Assembly: GCA_024231025.1 (NCBI GenBank)
Contig: JAAEQW010000256.1
Location: 66,954 to 130,953, forward strand
From: Candidatus Omnitrophota bacterium
GTDB lineage: Bacteria; Omnitrophota; Gorgyraeia; Duberdicusellales; 4484-171
Reading direction: 5' to 3'
DNA length: 64,000 nucleotides
Both the position numbers and the translations under genes were made by a program. Positions 1 through 10,580 of this stretch are shown here, piece by piece (the stretch's first letter is position 1; every line of letters begins with the position of its first letter). Under the pieces are notes generated by a model. It was not told the origin of the DNA, searched no databases, and saw nothing but the letters and a program-made list of their open reading frames with translations.

Positions 1-282
1 GCCAAAAATGGGCAGGGGCAGAAAATTTCTCTTTTTGGCCGTTGGAAAATCAACAAAACCAGATTAGAATTTTCAGTCGATAAGCAAACCCTACGTTTTA
101 TACTTAACAAAAAGCTAACCAACACTCGTGATATATGCTTTCGGTTGGTCGATAAGAAGAATGAACCTCTCGGTTATGAATTAATTTTCAGAAAAAAGAT
201 CCTCAAAACCTGCTCCTTCTACATAAAAGCCAAAACCGGCAAGAAAGAACAACTCCAAGTTGGCTTCCACTTCCCTTTCTAA
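1..282 (+). CDS. C-terminal fragment of an outer-membrane beta-barrel protein; the 5' end lies outside the window
   Basis: Frame 1 is open from position 1 to TAA at 280-282. The C-terminus ...LQVGFHFPF has alternating hydrophobics and a terminal Phe, the classic OMP beta-signal. Confidence 0.45.
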   Translation, partial: AKNGQGQKISLFGRWKINKTRLEFSVDKQTLRFILNKKLTNTRDICFRLVDKKNEPLGYELIFRKKILKTCSFYIKAKTGKKEQLQVGFHFPF

Positions 283-284
283 TA

Positions 285-360
285 AATTCGGGACACATCC
301 CAAATAAATCAACAACACTCTTTCCAACAACCTGCCTTTCAATGGCTTGCGCGTTTAATG
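285..360 (+). repeat. 75-bp repeat, copy 1 (contains REP1 core TTCGGGACACATCCCA); its direct-repeat partner is at 7725-7803
   Basis: About 90% identical to 7725-7803. Starts immediately after the upstream stop codon. Confidence 0.8.
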
Positions 361-473
361 GTTTATGCTATTAAAGTGTAATCAGTTATAGGCTGTAAGC
401 GCTTACAAAAAAGGGTAAATAAACGCTATATACTGTCGTTTTTTAAATATAGATATGGTATATATTATACGGT

Positions 474-3400
474 ATGGGCTATAGCTATGTTAATAGATCT
501 AGATTTATGATGAAAAAAGCTAAGATATCTTTTGAGTTAGTTTGCTTGGGGATTGTTTTTTGTTTTCTGACCGGCTTAGGTTTGTCGGGATTAATGAAAG
601 ATATCGCACTCAAGAAAGTTAACTCTGTTGCATTTCAGGATAATCTTGATCTTCCGGCCCCAGGAGCAATGGTAAAACAAACTTCCGATTTTGCTCCTGC
701 CAAACTCAAAGGCATTAAGATCTTTCCCGACAATCCGCTAAAATTCGATTTTGTTATTGATTGCGGAAACACCAACCTGGAAAGAAAAGAGTTAGAAGAA
801 GAATCCGCAAAGCTAATTAAATATTTTTTAGCTTCCTTAACCGTGCCGGAAAAGGAACTATGGGTTAACCTTTCACCTTATGAAGCAAATCGTGTTATCC
901 CCGAGAAGCTTGGTCAAACCGAAATGGGGAAAGATTTGTTAGCCCAGGATTATATCCTAAAACAACTTACCGCTTCTTTGATGTATCCCGAGGACGAAAT
1001 AGGTCAAACATTTTGGGACCGTGTTTACGCCAAAGCTAACGAGCTTTACGGCACAAGTAAGATTGCGGTTAACACCTTTCACAAGGTGTGGATTGTGCCG
1101 GATAAAGCGGTAGTTTATCAAAGCGGCGACACTGCTTTTATAATAGAGAGCCATTTGAAAGTAATGCTTGAAAGTGATTACCTTGCATTAGCAAATGCTG
1201 AATCTGTAGGGGCGGCTAGTCAGCCGCCCGCTGAAGAAACAAACGACATTTCATCAGAAGTCATGAGAGAGGTGATTCTTCCCGAAATAGAAAAAGAGAT
1301 AAATAGTGGAGAGAATTTCGCCAACCTGCGCCAGATTTATCAGTCTTTAATCTTAGCCGCATGGTTTAAACGCAATCTTAAAGAGAATTCATTGGCGAAA
1401 GTTTATGCTGACGAAAATAAAGTCGGCGGAGTTCAGATTAAGGACAAAACAATAAAGAAAAAGATATATGATCGATATGTTGAGGCTTATAAAAGAGGTG
1501 TGTATAACTACATTAAGAAAGATTATGACATAGCTTCAAAGAAATTTATTAAACGAAAGTATTTTTCCGGTGGTTTTGAAGGCAAAATGGATGATGCTTT
1601 AAGGGTTGAGGGCAAAAGTCAAGATGAGACCGCAGTTGCAGTTCGTGATACCCAAAAAGGCTCACTTGAGACAGTGTCGGTTACTTTAGATCCAGTGCGA
1701 AATTTAGATCGTCTACGCGAAAAATTAGTTGAGATTGCGCAAGACAAACGCAATGATTTGCCGCCTGATGCCAGCGAAGATCAAATTATGGTGCATATCA
1801 TTGATTCCCTAAAGGCGCGCCAATCGCGTGAGGGCGAGCTTATTCGAGAAGTTACCAAAAAAGATGGAACGATCGTTGTTGAAATCGACGACACAATAAA
1901 AGATGAACTTCTTGGCCGAGCAATTCAGAAAGAGGTTATTGACCGACCAGGGGGGGTTAAGGCGGTTAATTTTAAAGATTCAAATGATGTTTGGAGGGTT
2001 GTTGGTTTTTCTAGCGAATTAACAGAAGATCAACTTCGCGATGAACTTGAAGAAGTTCGGCTTCGTCGTGATAAAGGCATGAATTGGATACAGGCTTTTA
2101 ACGCGGTCAGGCGTAAATTCCATGGTGGCAAGGGCCAGATTGATCAAGGAAGAGCCCAAGAGTACGCGGTAGGCAGAAGAGATGTTTTAAGTGCAAGCGT
2201 AAGTGCCGCTGGTGGTAAGGAAAATATTGTTGCCTTTGGTAAAATAGTGTCAGCGCTTAGAAATCACATCGGCAAACCTGGGTCAACACTTTATGAGGAT
2301 ATAAAAGGTCGCATTTTAAAGGGAGGAACCCCCATTCGTAGCGGTGATAATATAGGCAATCAAAGTAGTGTTGCAACGATGGGGACATTTATTGATGAGC
2401 ATTTTTCTCTTCCAGAAGAAGCTATACGCGAAATTATCACCAATGCATATGATAGTATGCGTAGCGAGCCAAATCCCGAAAGCAGGGAAGTCCAGGTCCA
2501 AATTAATAATGGATATATGAGTGTATCTGATGACGGAAGTGGAATGAGCCTTGATACGATATTAAAGAAATTTTATCCCCCATTTGAAGGAGAAAAAAGT
2601 GGTGCAGTTTTGTCTCAAATAAGGGACATTATTAACGATGAAGAAGCAGATAAGATTTCGCGTATTCGCGAATTCATTAAATCACTAGTTCTTTCTGAGC
2701 TTTCGGATACCGAAAGAAATTCTATAAAAGATGTGCAAAGCAGGTTAGGTGGTTTGACTTCAGATGGTGGTCAGCTCATCAAGACCATTAACAGTCTTAT
2801 TACTTTTACAGGTCGTTTTGGGATCGGATTCGAATCACTTCTCTACTTTGTGAAATCTGAAGAGGATTTTATTGAAATTATTACCTCTACCGGTAAAGAA
2901 GCACATCGGATTAAATTTTTCTGGGTTAATGGAGAGCTGCAAACAGGCGTTGATGTTCTTGATCCTCAAACAACCGCTAAAGGCACGAAGGTAACCTTGC
3001 AAAGCAGTAGATTTAATAAAGATAATGCACGAGGGGTAGTCAATCGGTATCTTAGTTTTAATTCTAACGCAAGAATTAATGTCAGCGTTGATGGTCAAGC
3101 AGCCGAATTTATTAATCGAGAAGTGTTTGACCCAATGAATTTTACTCACGTAAGTGGCGATGCGCAGGTAGAGGCATTTTATTCAAAGGCAGAAAATACT
3201 ACCGGAAGGTCAACCGTGCGCATTAATGTTCATGGCGTAACTATTTTGACCAAAGAAATCGAAGGGTATGGATTACCATCCGAGGTTATTTTTAATTTTC
3301 CTGCACAAATTGGTTTGCCGATATCGCGCAATAAAATTCAGGTTAATGAGCTTTTCATTGAAAAGGCAAAGGATATGTTGCAAATGATTGCACCAGAACC

Positions 3401-6400
3401 TAAGTTGATGAGCGCGTTTTATCCTTTGATTGCGATACTAGAATCTAGCGCGAAAGCATCCGAACGTAATGTATTGGCTCAGGCTGCCGCTGATGCTGCT
3501 TATTCTGCATGGGAGGATGAATTTTTAGTTTATTTGCCTAATGGAGAAGAGCACTCTAAAGTAAAGCATGAAAATGTGGTTTTGGTAGATCCAAAATTAA
3601 TGCGTGTGTTATCTTTGAGAGGTTTTAGAAATTCTTATTTCGGCATAGCCGAATTACTAAAGCTTACTTCAGGAGAATATCCAAAAGTCGGAAACAAAAA
3701 TGTTTACATCGTTGATTTTGTCGATGAAACAAAAATGGTGACAACCAGCGATGCAATTTTGATTAATCGAAAATATGCTCCCCAAGTAGACGACGAAAAG
3801 GCTCTCTATAATGTCTTGTTAAAGCTAAACAAAGAAAAAGATCGCTTTGAATATAATTATCAGGAAGCAGCCGTCCAGAGACAAGAGGATGCTGATGCAA
3901 CGTTGGATCGTAGAATTGACGCATCTGATCCGATAGTAATTCAAGCATTGGATAGCCTGCCAGATGAAAGATCTAAAGAGCATTTTTTGAGCATAGTAAA
4001 TCGGTCTGAAAATGATGCTAAATTGGTAGGATATATTATGAATCCGGCAAGTTTTGTAAGTATCTATAACAGATTAAAAAGATTTTCGTTGCATGATGCT
4101 TTTGCGCTTAATTGGTCGGAATTTTACAGTAAGATTGTATGGAACGATCTTTCAGAAGACGATGATACTTTAGATTTTATTCTTGAAAATGAACGGATTG
4201 GAAAGTTGCAAGAATATTTTTTGGCACAAAACAGGTCAGAGTTTACCATGGAGCTGCTTAATATACTCATAGGTAAAAATTTTCATCCGAACAGAGAGAA
4301 TATTTCGAGGCAAGTATTGAATGATGAATTAGATAGATTGTGGGAATTGCGCGAATTTTTGAATAAAAAAACTGTTAATCTCATCATGCGTGCGACACTT
4401 CTTGATGCCGATACTTATCAGGAATTCAGAAATAGATTGGTAGCCGATAGAGATACGGGTGGAATTAAGCTTGACGATTTAAGCCAAACAGAATGGGAAG
4501 TATTAAATAAAGTTGATTGGAATAGTTTCGATTCATCAAGTGAGATCCCTTTTCAGTTGTTTTTGGATGGTAATCTTGCAGCGGTAAGAAGAATAGCAGA
4601 AATTTCTGCGAGATTGAATCGAGCATTTATGGAAAGAAGAGCCAATATTTCACTTGCGACTAGTATGTGCAACATGCTCGATGAGGAGATCGGGAGGTTT
4701 ATTAGTAGCGGAAAGTATATTGATATAAGTGAATTAGAGATGGGCTATGGGAATGTGTTTTGTCTTCCATATTATTTTCAGTTTTTCTATGGGGATGGTT
4801 GGAGAGAAAAACTTAACGTATATTTGGAATTAGAAATGAGAGGAAGAGAAATATGGAGTCTTGAGAAAATTATGGCGTCAACCATTCCAATAGAGCAGAA
4901 AATGAGGTTATTAGAAGCAGTGATAGAAAGTGTTAGTGCTTTAGAGAGTGAAGTAGATAGTTTTTTAGAGTTTCCGTTTGAATTTGATGGCGAATTGCTT
5001 CAGGAGATAGAAAATCCAGCGTTGTTTATTCAATTTATTTCAGGTTTTCCGTTATTTGATGAAGCGTTTCTTAACAGAAAGCATTTGTCTGATCAACAGA
5101 ATGAAAGCATTCCTTTTGGATATCAATACCTCTTAAGATATGAAAAAGAAATTTTGCGTAAAATTATTACGGTCTTTCATCATGTTAGCAATTTGCCAAA
5201 TGATGAATACGTGCGGACACAAGAAGACCTCAAGCGTTACTTCAAAAAGGGTTCTGTTACCGGTCGCATCGCGCCGTATGTCCAGTATCTTTTAAATGCC
5301 CAAGATGTTAAAGATGTCGAGGGGCGAGAATTAAAAGTTACCCCACAACGTAAGTTTGCTCTTGTTGATTTGTATGATACTTATCTTGAGAATTCATCAG
5401 AGCAAGAATCTCACGAAGAAACTGCTGGCCGAAATGGAGATTTCACTAGTGTTGATCAACGCGTCAGTAGGGCCGCTCAACGATCATCTGAGAAAAGAGA
5501 TGAAGAGAGGCAAAAATTACTGAGAAATACCTTTAGAGCTGCGGCCCAACAGTCTGTTGATGATCTGGTACTGATTCGTGAGGCCATCCAAAATGTTATT
5601 GATGAAACGCCTGCCGGTGCCGACGCACAAAAAGTTTCCATTAATGTTTATCGAAAACGAGTAGCTTTAGGTGAAGAGTTAACCGTTATCGATATCCAAG
5701 ATATGATTGGTATGAATGCTGAGCGGCTTTTTAATAAACTGCTTATGCCATTTTCGAGCAGTAAAAAGGATTCTAAAAAGTTTCTTGGCAAACAAGGTCA
5801 GGGGTTTTTTACTTTGCTTGCTAACTCAGAGTATGTAATGCTTAAGACTGTAAAAGATGGTAGGGTTTGTATTTTAAAGATAACGCCGGAGAAGCTCAAT
5901 GGTCAGGTGGTTGATTTTTTTGTCAAAGAAGAGCAAAGAGACGCCTTCGCCGACGAAAGCAATGGGACTCATATCCAAGCAACTGTAAGAGCTGATTTGC
6001 CAGGTCTTGAAGCAGTGAGGGTTAGTGTTGCTGGACAAAAATATGCTGCTTTGGTTGATCCAGAAAGGTTGGCGGTAGAGATTAATGGAGAGCAGGTCAA
6101 CGCCAATAGTGGCCGCAAACTTGCCGTGGAAGAAACACGTTATGGAGATGTGGAATTTTATTCGATTTCAGGCGAATCATTTATGGCGTTGGGGGGGCCT
6201 TTTGTGAAACCCATTGATGATGATTTCATGGCTTTAGTGCCGCCGGCTCTTCGTAAAGTTCTTTTGGAAAATGGTTTTGCCGTTAATTTACCATTTCAAA
6301 ATATTAGACGTATTCAAGGCGGCAGTGATATTGCTAATAAAGAGGAGATATATGAAAACATAGAAGATCCTGTGGCTAGAGGTACTATAAAGCTTGTTAT

Positions 6401-7727
6401 CGCTATGTTTGCCCGGGGCGACATTCAGTCTTTAGGCTTGTTTGGACATGATTACTATAATTGGGCTTATAATGACCAAGCAGCAGAAGATGCTCATGCG
6501 ATCATGGATGGTTCGGCAGACATTGATGTTATGAGAGCTAGATATTTTTCTTTAGATCGATCAAATCAACTGGCAAAGTTATTACTAGCTTTACCTTTGG
6601 ATTTTCTTAATGATATTTTGGGGACACCGATGTCTATGGCTGAGCTTTTTGATAATTTTATAAGAAACAGATCGATGTTTACCGCTGAAATTATAGAAAA
6701 ATTACCACAACCTATCAAGGATGTTTTTGCGTTAATCGAAGAAAAAGAACGAAAAGAACAAACGCAACAGGAAGTTGCTAGAAATTTGGGGGTTCCTGAT
6801 GAGCTAATTAGTAGGGATTTTTCTTTACCAAACGAACAAGGGGATGGGATGGGCGCCTATTGGGCATTCATTGAAATGAGTAACCAAATTGCAAATGTTG
6901 CGTTAACAAGTATATCGAGAGAAACTCCTACCGAAACGTTTGGTGTTTTTCGAGATAGACTAGAATATTTACAAAGAAATCCCACTCAAGCAGGATATTA
7001 TGCAGAAGCAAATAGAATGTCAACGGCGCACGCACAACGGGGAGGGATATTCTATGCGTGGAATCTATTAGAACAAGGTAGATTTCTGGATTTATTTTCT
7101 CAGTATATGGGAAGGCAAATTACCCTTAATGAATTTTTAAATAAAGCATTTGAAGAGATGCTTGATACCTTAACGCATGAATTAATTCATATTCTTGAAG
7201 AGAGCGATGAAGAGACTCACAACGAAGTGTTTTTCGAACGCCAAAAGATCTTAGTTTCCGTTTTAATAGGTGAAAAAGAGAGGGTCACTGACATTCTTGA
7301 AGAGATTATAAGTAGCTCTCAATACGCTGATAATTTAGGGGATGTCTCGGTTAAAAATTTTCTTGAGCACATTGCTGGTCAACAAGGCAGCCATCGTGTT
7401 GAATTCGATAGGGTTGTTATTCCAGAACCAGAAGCAGTTGATTCACTTGAGATGTCGCCAACACCAGAAAATTCTGTTGTTTCATCTGAACTTATAAATT
7501 CGCAAAAAGAAAGCACTGGCGGTATCAATCTTGACCCTAGTGAGCTAGACTTCCAAATGCAAGGTGCAGAGTCAACAATTAAGCCATCTGTCAACTATCA
7601 CCATATTATTCAAGAAATACCGATTAACGGCTTTTCTCCAATTATTTTTCAGATTGCCCCCACTAACCTACCTCTTTTCCTCCAAAATTCGGGACACATC
7701 CCACATAACCGCCGCACTTATCTTTAA
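474..7727 (+). CDS. Giant secreted or membrane-anchored protein (2417 aa). It has two HSP90/sacsin-like GHKL ATPase modules and a C-terminal HEXXH motif. The true start may be ATG 507 (MMKKAKISF..., signal-like).
   Basis: Single 7.25-kb ORF. The N-terminal hydrophobic segment is LVCLGIVFCFLTGLGL. Bergerat-fold motifs are ITNAYDSM...SVSDDGSGMS...GRFGIGFESL (around aa 640-760) and IQNVIDE...IDIQDMIGMN...GKQGQGFFTLLANS (around aa 1700-1790). LTHELIHILEE lies near aa 2240. Confidence 0.75.
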   Translation: MGYSYVNRSRFMMKKAKISFELVCLGIVFCFLTGLGLSGLMKDIALKKVNSVAFQDNLDLPAPGAMVKQTSDFAPAKLKGIKIFPDNPLKFDFVIDCGNTNLERKELEEESAKLIKYFLASLTVPEKELWVNLSPYEANRVIPEKLGQTEMGKDLLAQDYILKQLTASLMYPEDEIGQTFWDRVYAKANELYGTSKIAVNTFHKVWIVPDKAVVYQSGDTAFIIESHLKVMLESDYLALANAESVGAASQPPAEETNDISSEVMREVILPEIEKEINSGENFANLRQIYQSLILAAWFKRNLKENSLAKVYADENKVGGVQIKDKTIKKKIYDRYVEAYKRGVYNYIKKDYDIASKKFIKRKYFSGGFEGKMDDALRVEGKSQDETAVAVRDTQKGSLETVSVTLDPVRNLDRLREKLVEIAQDKRNDLPPDASEDQIMVHIIDSLKARQSREGELIREVTKKDGTIVVEIDDTIKDELLGRAIQKEVIDRPGGVKAVNFKDSNDVWRVVGFSSELTEDQLRDELEEVRLRRDKGMNWIQAFNAVRRKFHGGKGQIDQGRAQEYAVGRRDVLSASVSAAGGKENIVAFGKIVSALRNHIGKPGSTLYEDIKGRILKGGTPIRSGDNIGNQSSVATMGTFIDEHFSLPEEAIREIITNAYDSMRSEPNPESREVQVQINNGYMSVSDDGSGMSLDTILKKFYPPFEGEKSGAVLSQIRDIINDEEADKISRIREFIKSLVLSELSDTERNSIKDVQSRLGGLTSDGGQLIKTINSLITFTGRFGIGFESLLYFVKSEEDFIEIITSTGKEAHRIKFFWVNGELQTGVDVLDPQTTAKGTKVTLQSSRFNKDNARGVVNRYLSFNSNARINVSVDGQAAEFINREVFDPMNFTHVSGDAQVEAFYSKAENTTGRSTVRINVHGVTILTKEIEGYGLPSEVIFNFPAQIGLPISRNKIQVNELFIEKAKDMLQMIAPEPKLMSAFYPLIAILESSAKASERNVLAQAAADAAYSAWEDEFLVYLPNGEEHSKVKHENVVLVDPKLMRVLSLRGFRNSYFGIAELLKLTSGEYPKVGNKNVYIVDFVDETKMVTTSDAILINRKYAPQVDDEKALYNVLLKLNKEKDRFEYNYQEAAVQRQEDADATLDRRIDASDPIVIQALDSLPDERSKEHFLSIVNRSENDAKLVGYIMNPASFVSIYNRLKRFSLHDAFALNWSEFYSKIVWNDLSEDDDTLDFILENERIGKLQEYFLAQNRSEFTMELLNILIGKNFHPNRENISRQVLNDELDRLWELREFLNKKTVNLIMRATLLDADTYQEFRNRLVADRDTGGIKLDDLSQTEWEVLNKVDWNSFDSSSEIPFQLFLDGNLAAVRRIAEISARLNRAFMERRANISLATSMCNMLDEEIGRFISSGKYIDISELEMGYGNVFCLPYYFQFFYGDGWREKLNVYLELEMRGREIWSLEKIMASTIPIEQKMRLLEAVIESVSALESEVDSFLEFPFEFDGELLQEIENPALFIQFISGFPLFDEAFLNRKHLSDQQNESIPFGYQYLLRYEKEILRKIITVFHHVSNLPNDEYVRTQEDLKRYFKKGSVTGRIAPYVQYLLNAQDVKDVEGRELKVTPQRKFALVDLYDTYLENSSEQESHEETAGRNGDFTSVDQRVSRAAQRSSEKRDEERQKLLRNTFRAAAQQSVDDLVLIREAIQNVIDETPAGADAQKVSINVYRKRVALGEELTVIDIQDMIGMNAERLFNKLLMPFSSSKKDSKKFLGKQGQGFFTLLANSEYVMLKTVKDGRVCILKITPEKLNGQVVDFFVKEEQRDAFADESNGTHIQATVRADLPGLEAVRVSVAGQKYAALVDPERLAVEINGEQVNANSGRKLAVEETRYGDVEFYSISGESFMALGGPFVKPIDDDFMALVPPALRKVLLENGFAVNLPFQNIRRIQGGSDIANKEEIYENIEDPVARGTIKLVIAMFARGDIQSLGLFGHDYYNWAYNDQAAEDAHAIMDGSADIDVMRARYFSLDRSNQLAKLLLALPLDFLNDILGTPMSMAELFDNFIRNRSMFTAEIIEKLPQPIKDVFALIEEKERKEQTQQEVARNLGVPDELISRDFSLPNEQGDGMGAYWAFIEMSNQIANVALTSISRETPTETFGVFRDRLEYLQRNPTQAGYYAEANRMSTAHAQRGGIFYAWNLLEQGRFLDLFSQYMGRQITLNEFLNKAFEEMLDTLTHELIHILEESDEETHNEVFFERQKILVSVLIGEKERVTDILEEIISSSQYADNLGDVSVKNFLEHIAGQQGSHRVEFDRVVIPEPEAVDSLEMSPTPENSVVSSELINSQKESTGGINLDPSELDFQMQGAESTIKPSVNYHHIIQEIPINGFSPIIFQIAPTNLPLFLQNSGHIPHNRRTYL
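7686..7703 (+). repeat. REP1 copy inside the 3' end of the giant gene
   Basis: AATTCGGGACACATCCCA; it encodes ...NSGHIPH in the giant ORF tail. Confidence 0.7.
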
Positions 7728-7803
7728 TTCGGGACACATCCCAAATAAATCAGGAACACTCTTTCCAACAACCTGCCTCCCAATGGCTTACGTGTTTAAA
7801 TGC
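7725..7803 (+). repeat. 75-bp repeat, copy 2 (REP1 plus a conserved 55-bp extension)
   Basis: Direct repeat of 285-360; begins at the giant gene stop codon. Confidence 0.8.
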
Positions 7804-7910
7804 ATTATTTGCTCAATACCTCCAAAAATACATGCAAAATGGAGGTATGCGTTCCAAATTGAATAGATTAATAACCATAAATATTTGAAACGGGACATTT
7901 CTAAATTGGT

Positions 7911-7930
7911 TTAATTCGGGACACATCCCA
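7911..7930 (+). repeat. REP1 copy upstream of the RAYT gene
   Basis: TTAATTCGGGACACATCCCA, 40 bp before the RAYT start. Confidence 0.7.
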
Positions 7931-7971
7931 TTTTTCTTGAAAATGACTAATTTTGTGGTATAGTTCTTGCC

Positions 7972-8691
7972 ATGTCAAGAATAGCAAGGCTAGTTGCGGT
8001 TGATTATCCCCACCATATTATTCAAAGAGGAAATAATCGGAGAAATGTTTTTTTGTCTGATGACGACAGACAGCACTACTTAAGATTATTAGCTAAGTAT
8101 AGTGAAGAATGTGCATGCAAGGTGAAAGCCTTTTGCTTAATGAGTAACCATGTTCACTTGCTGTTAGTTCCAACCGACAAAACTGCACTGGCTAAAGCAA
8201 TGCAAAAAATAAGTTTAAGTTATACGCAATATGTAAATCGAAAATATAAACGAACTGGAAGGCTATGGGAATGTAGGTTTCATTCAAGTATTGTGGATGA
8301 TGATATATATTTATTGTCCGTATGCCGATACATTGAAAAGAATCCGACAAGGGCAGGTGTTGCAAAGAGGGCAGAATCTTATAGATGGTCTAGCGTAAGA
8401 GTGAATACCAATACCACTAGCAGAGAATATAAATTTTTAGACCCCATATGGCGGGATTATAATATAGATTGTCAGCAATATAAGAGCTTTTTAGAAGAAG
8501 ATGCGGCAGCTTATAGCATTAAAAATAAAAATATCACTCAATACACATACACGGGCAAACCATTAGGAAGTAAGGATTTTATAAAGAAGCTATCCGCAAC
8601 GCTAGGTCGAGAAATTTTAATTGAGAGGAAAAGGGGAAGGCCTGGGAAAAATGGGATGTGTCCCGAATTTAAACAGCAGTTGTCTTTTTAA
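7972..8691 (+). CDS. REP-associated tyrosine transposase (RAYT; IS200-like Y1 HUH transposase)
   Basis: HUH motif SNHVHLLLVP with the conserved N-terminal IQRGNNRRNVF. Inverted REP1 copies lie at 7913-7930 and 8653-8670. Confidence 0.8.
   Translation: MSRIARLVAVDYPHHIIQRGNNRRNVFLSDDDRQHYLRLLAKYSEECACKVKAFCLMSNHVHLLLVPTDKTALAKAMQKISLSYTQYVNRKYKRTGRLWECRFHSSIVDDDIYLLSVCRYIEKNPTRAGVAKRAESYRWSSVRVNTNTTSREYKFLDPIWRDYNIDCQQYKSFLEEDAAAYSIKNKNITQYTYTGKPLGSKDFIKKLSATLGREILIERKRGRPGKNGMCPEFKQQLSF
8653..8670 (-). repeat. REP1 copy in inverted orientation, inside the 3' end of the RAYT coding sequence
   Basis: GGGATGTGTCCCGAATTT is the reverse complement of the REP1 core; it encodes ...MCPEF. Confidence 0.7.
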
Positions 8692-8884
8692 TCTTAAATG
8701 ATATAATTTATATTACCTATTTCTCGCATGCTACTATCGCATTTAGCGGGATCCTGACACGTGGTAGGAATAACTTACGATCGTACAAGAACCAAAGTAT
8801 ATTTGGCACTTTGGGGCGGAACCCTCAGTGCCAATAAAATTTAGGGAATCACCCTAGATAATTACAATTTTATTGGAGAAAATT

Positions 8885-10558
8885 ATGAAAGGTTCAAAAA
8901 TCTTAGTTGAAAGTCTTATCAAAGAGGGTGTAGACACAATATTTGGCTATCCTGGAGGGTCAGTTATTCCATTTTTTGATTCTCTTTATGATGCGCCAAT
9001 AAAATTTTATCTTACACGTCATGAACAGGCAGCTTCTCATGCCGCCGATGGTTATGCGCGTTTAACTGGAAGAGTTGGGGTTTGTGTTGCGACTTCAGGT
9101 CCTGGCGCAACCAACTTAACTACCGGTATTGCTACTGCGCATATGGATTCAGTTCCAATGGTTGCGATTACCGGCCAGGTAAAAACATCGTTAATTGGAA
9201 ATGATGCTTTTCAGGAGGCCGATGTTACTGGAGTTACTCGTTCAGTATCAAAGCATAATTATTTGGTAAAGGACATAAAGGATCTCGCGCCAACGGTAAA
9301 AGAAGCTTTTCATATTGCTAAAACCGGACGGCCCGGGCCGGTAGTTATAGACTTGCCGGTAGATATACAAATTCAAGATGCCGAGTTTGATTATCCTCGC
9401 GAGATTAATTTAAGAAGTTACAAGCCTACTTACTTTGGTCATCCCGGACAAATTAAAAGAGCAATTAGGCTAATTAATAAAGCTAAAAAGCCAGTAATCA
9501 TCGCCGGAGGAGGAGTATTAATTGCAAATGCTGCGGGTCAGCTCTTGAAATTTGCGCAAAAAATTAAAGCTCCGGTTACAACTACACTTATGGGGTTGGG
9601 TGGTTTTCCTTCTACTCATCCATTGGCTTTGGGAATGCCGGGGATGCACGGAACAATTTATGCTAACTTGGCAATTACTGAGTGCGATCTTCTTATTTCA
9701 GCAGGTTGCCGTTTCGATGACAGAGTTACCGGACGTCTTGACGCTTTTGCGCCTGGTGCGAAAATAATTCATATTGATATTGATCCAACTTCGATCAGTA
9801 AAAATGTTAAGGTTGATGTTCCGATTGTTGGTGATGCCAAAAATATATTGGGTCAACTAACTGAAGAGATTGATAAAGAAAAATTACCGGATGTGTCTGC
9901 TTGGAATAAAAAAGTAACTAGCTGGAAAAAAAAGCATCCGCTCAGCTACAAAAAAGGCGGCAAGAGAATTAAGCCGCAATTTATTTTAGAAGAGATTTAC
10001 CGCCAAACTAAAGGTAAAGCGGTTATTGTTACTGAAGTTGGTCAAAACCAAATGTGGGCAGCGCAATTTTATAAGTATGATTATCCGCGCCATTTTTTAT
10101 CGAGTGGAGGCCTTGGCACAATGGGCTATGGTTTTCCCGCGGCAATTGGCGCAAAGATTGCCGATCCTTCAAAACAGGTTTTAGACATTGCCGGGGATGG
10201 TTCGATACAGATGAACATTCAAGAACTTGCTACGGTTGCTGCTTATGACATTGGAGTAAAAATAATCATTCTTAATAATAACTATTTGGGAATGGTTAGG
10301 CAGTGGCAAGAACTTTTTTATGATCGCAGATATTCCGGAACACCTTTGGCCAATCCTGATTTTGTAAAACTTGCCGCTGCTTGTGGCGTTAAGGGGGTAA
10401 GAGTTAAAAAAGATGCCGAAGTTAAAACAGCGATCAAAAGCATTTTAGCAGCTAAAGGTCCTGTATTGGCAGATTTTTGGATTGAAGAAGAAGAGAATGT
10501 TTTTCCTATGGTTCCTGCTGGTGAGGCGATTAACCGAATGATAGGAGGGATGGCTTAA
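8885..10558 (+). CDS. ilvB: Acetolactate synthase large subunit
   Basis: N-terminal [12 protein letters not shown] and the TPP-binding [14 protein letters not shown]. The ORF track begins at TTG 8873; ATG 8885 has the better RBS. Confidence 0.9.
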   Translation: MKGSKILVESLIKEGVDTIFGYPGGSVIPFFDSLYDAPIKFYLTRHEQAASHAADGYARLTGRVGVCVATSGPGATNLTTGIATAHMDSVPMVAITGQVKTSLIGNDAFQEADVTGVTRSVSKHNYLVKDIKDLAPTVKEAFHIAKTGRPGPVVIDLPVDIQIQDAEFDYPREINLRSYKPTYFGHPGQIKRAIRLINKAKKPVIIAGGGVLIANAAGQLLKFAQKIKAPVTTTLMGLGGFPSTHPLALGMPGMHGTIYANLAITECDLLISAGCRFDDRVTGRLDAFAPGAKIIHIDIDPTSISKNVKVDVPIVGDAKNILGQLTEEIDKEKLPDVSAWNKKVTSWKKKHPLSYKKGGKRIKPQFILEEIYRQTKGKAVIVTEVGQNQMWAAQFYKYDYPRHFLSSGGLGTMGYGFPAAIGAKIADPSKQVLDIAGDGSIQMNIQELATVAAYDIGVKIIILNNNYLGMVRQWQELFYDRRYSGTPLANPDFVKLAAACGVKGVRVKKDAEVKTAIKSILAAKGPVLADFWIEEEENVFPMVPAGEAINRMIGGMA

Positions 10559-10580
10559 TTTAAAGTCATCGGGCCATTCT

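Noticed and set aside
7564-7866. 100-aa ORF overlapping the giant gene's 3' end and the 75-bp repeat
   Set aside because: Its translation is dictated by REP1 and the direct repeat (..SGHIPNKSGTLFPTTCLPMAYVF..), and it lies in a different frame from the 2417-aa ORF that already covers the region.
8700-8884. Possible T-box or leader-peptide attenuator upstream of ilvB
   Set aside because: The spacer is only 180 bp and has one modest hairpin (GGCACT..AGTGCC). It has no T-box specifier or antiterminator consensus and no Ile/Val/Leu-rich leader peptide.
9552-9767. 71-aa plus-strand ORF inside ilvB, and similar small internal ORFs (for example 56103-56288, 56553-56849, 14254-14454)
   Set aside because: They are alternative-frame ORFs nested entirely within well-supported long genes.
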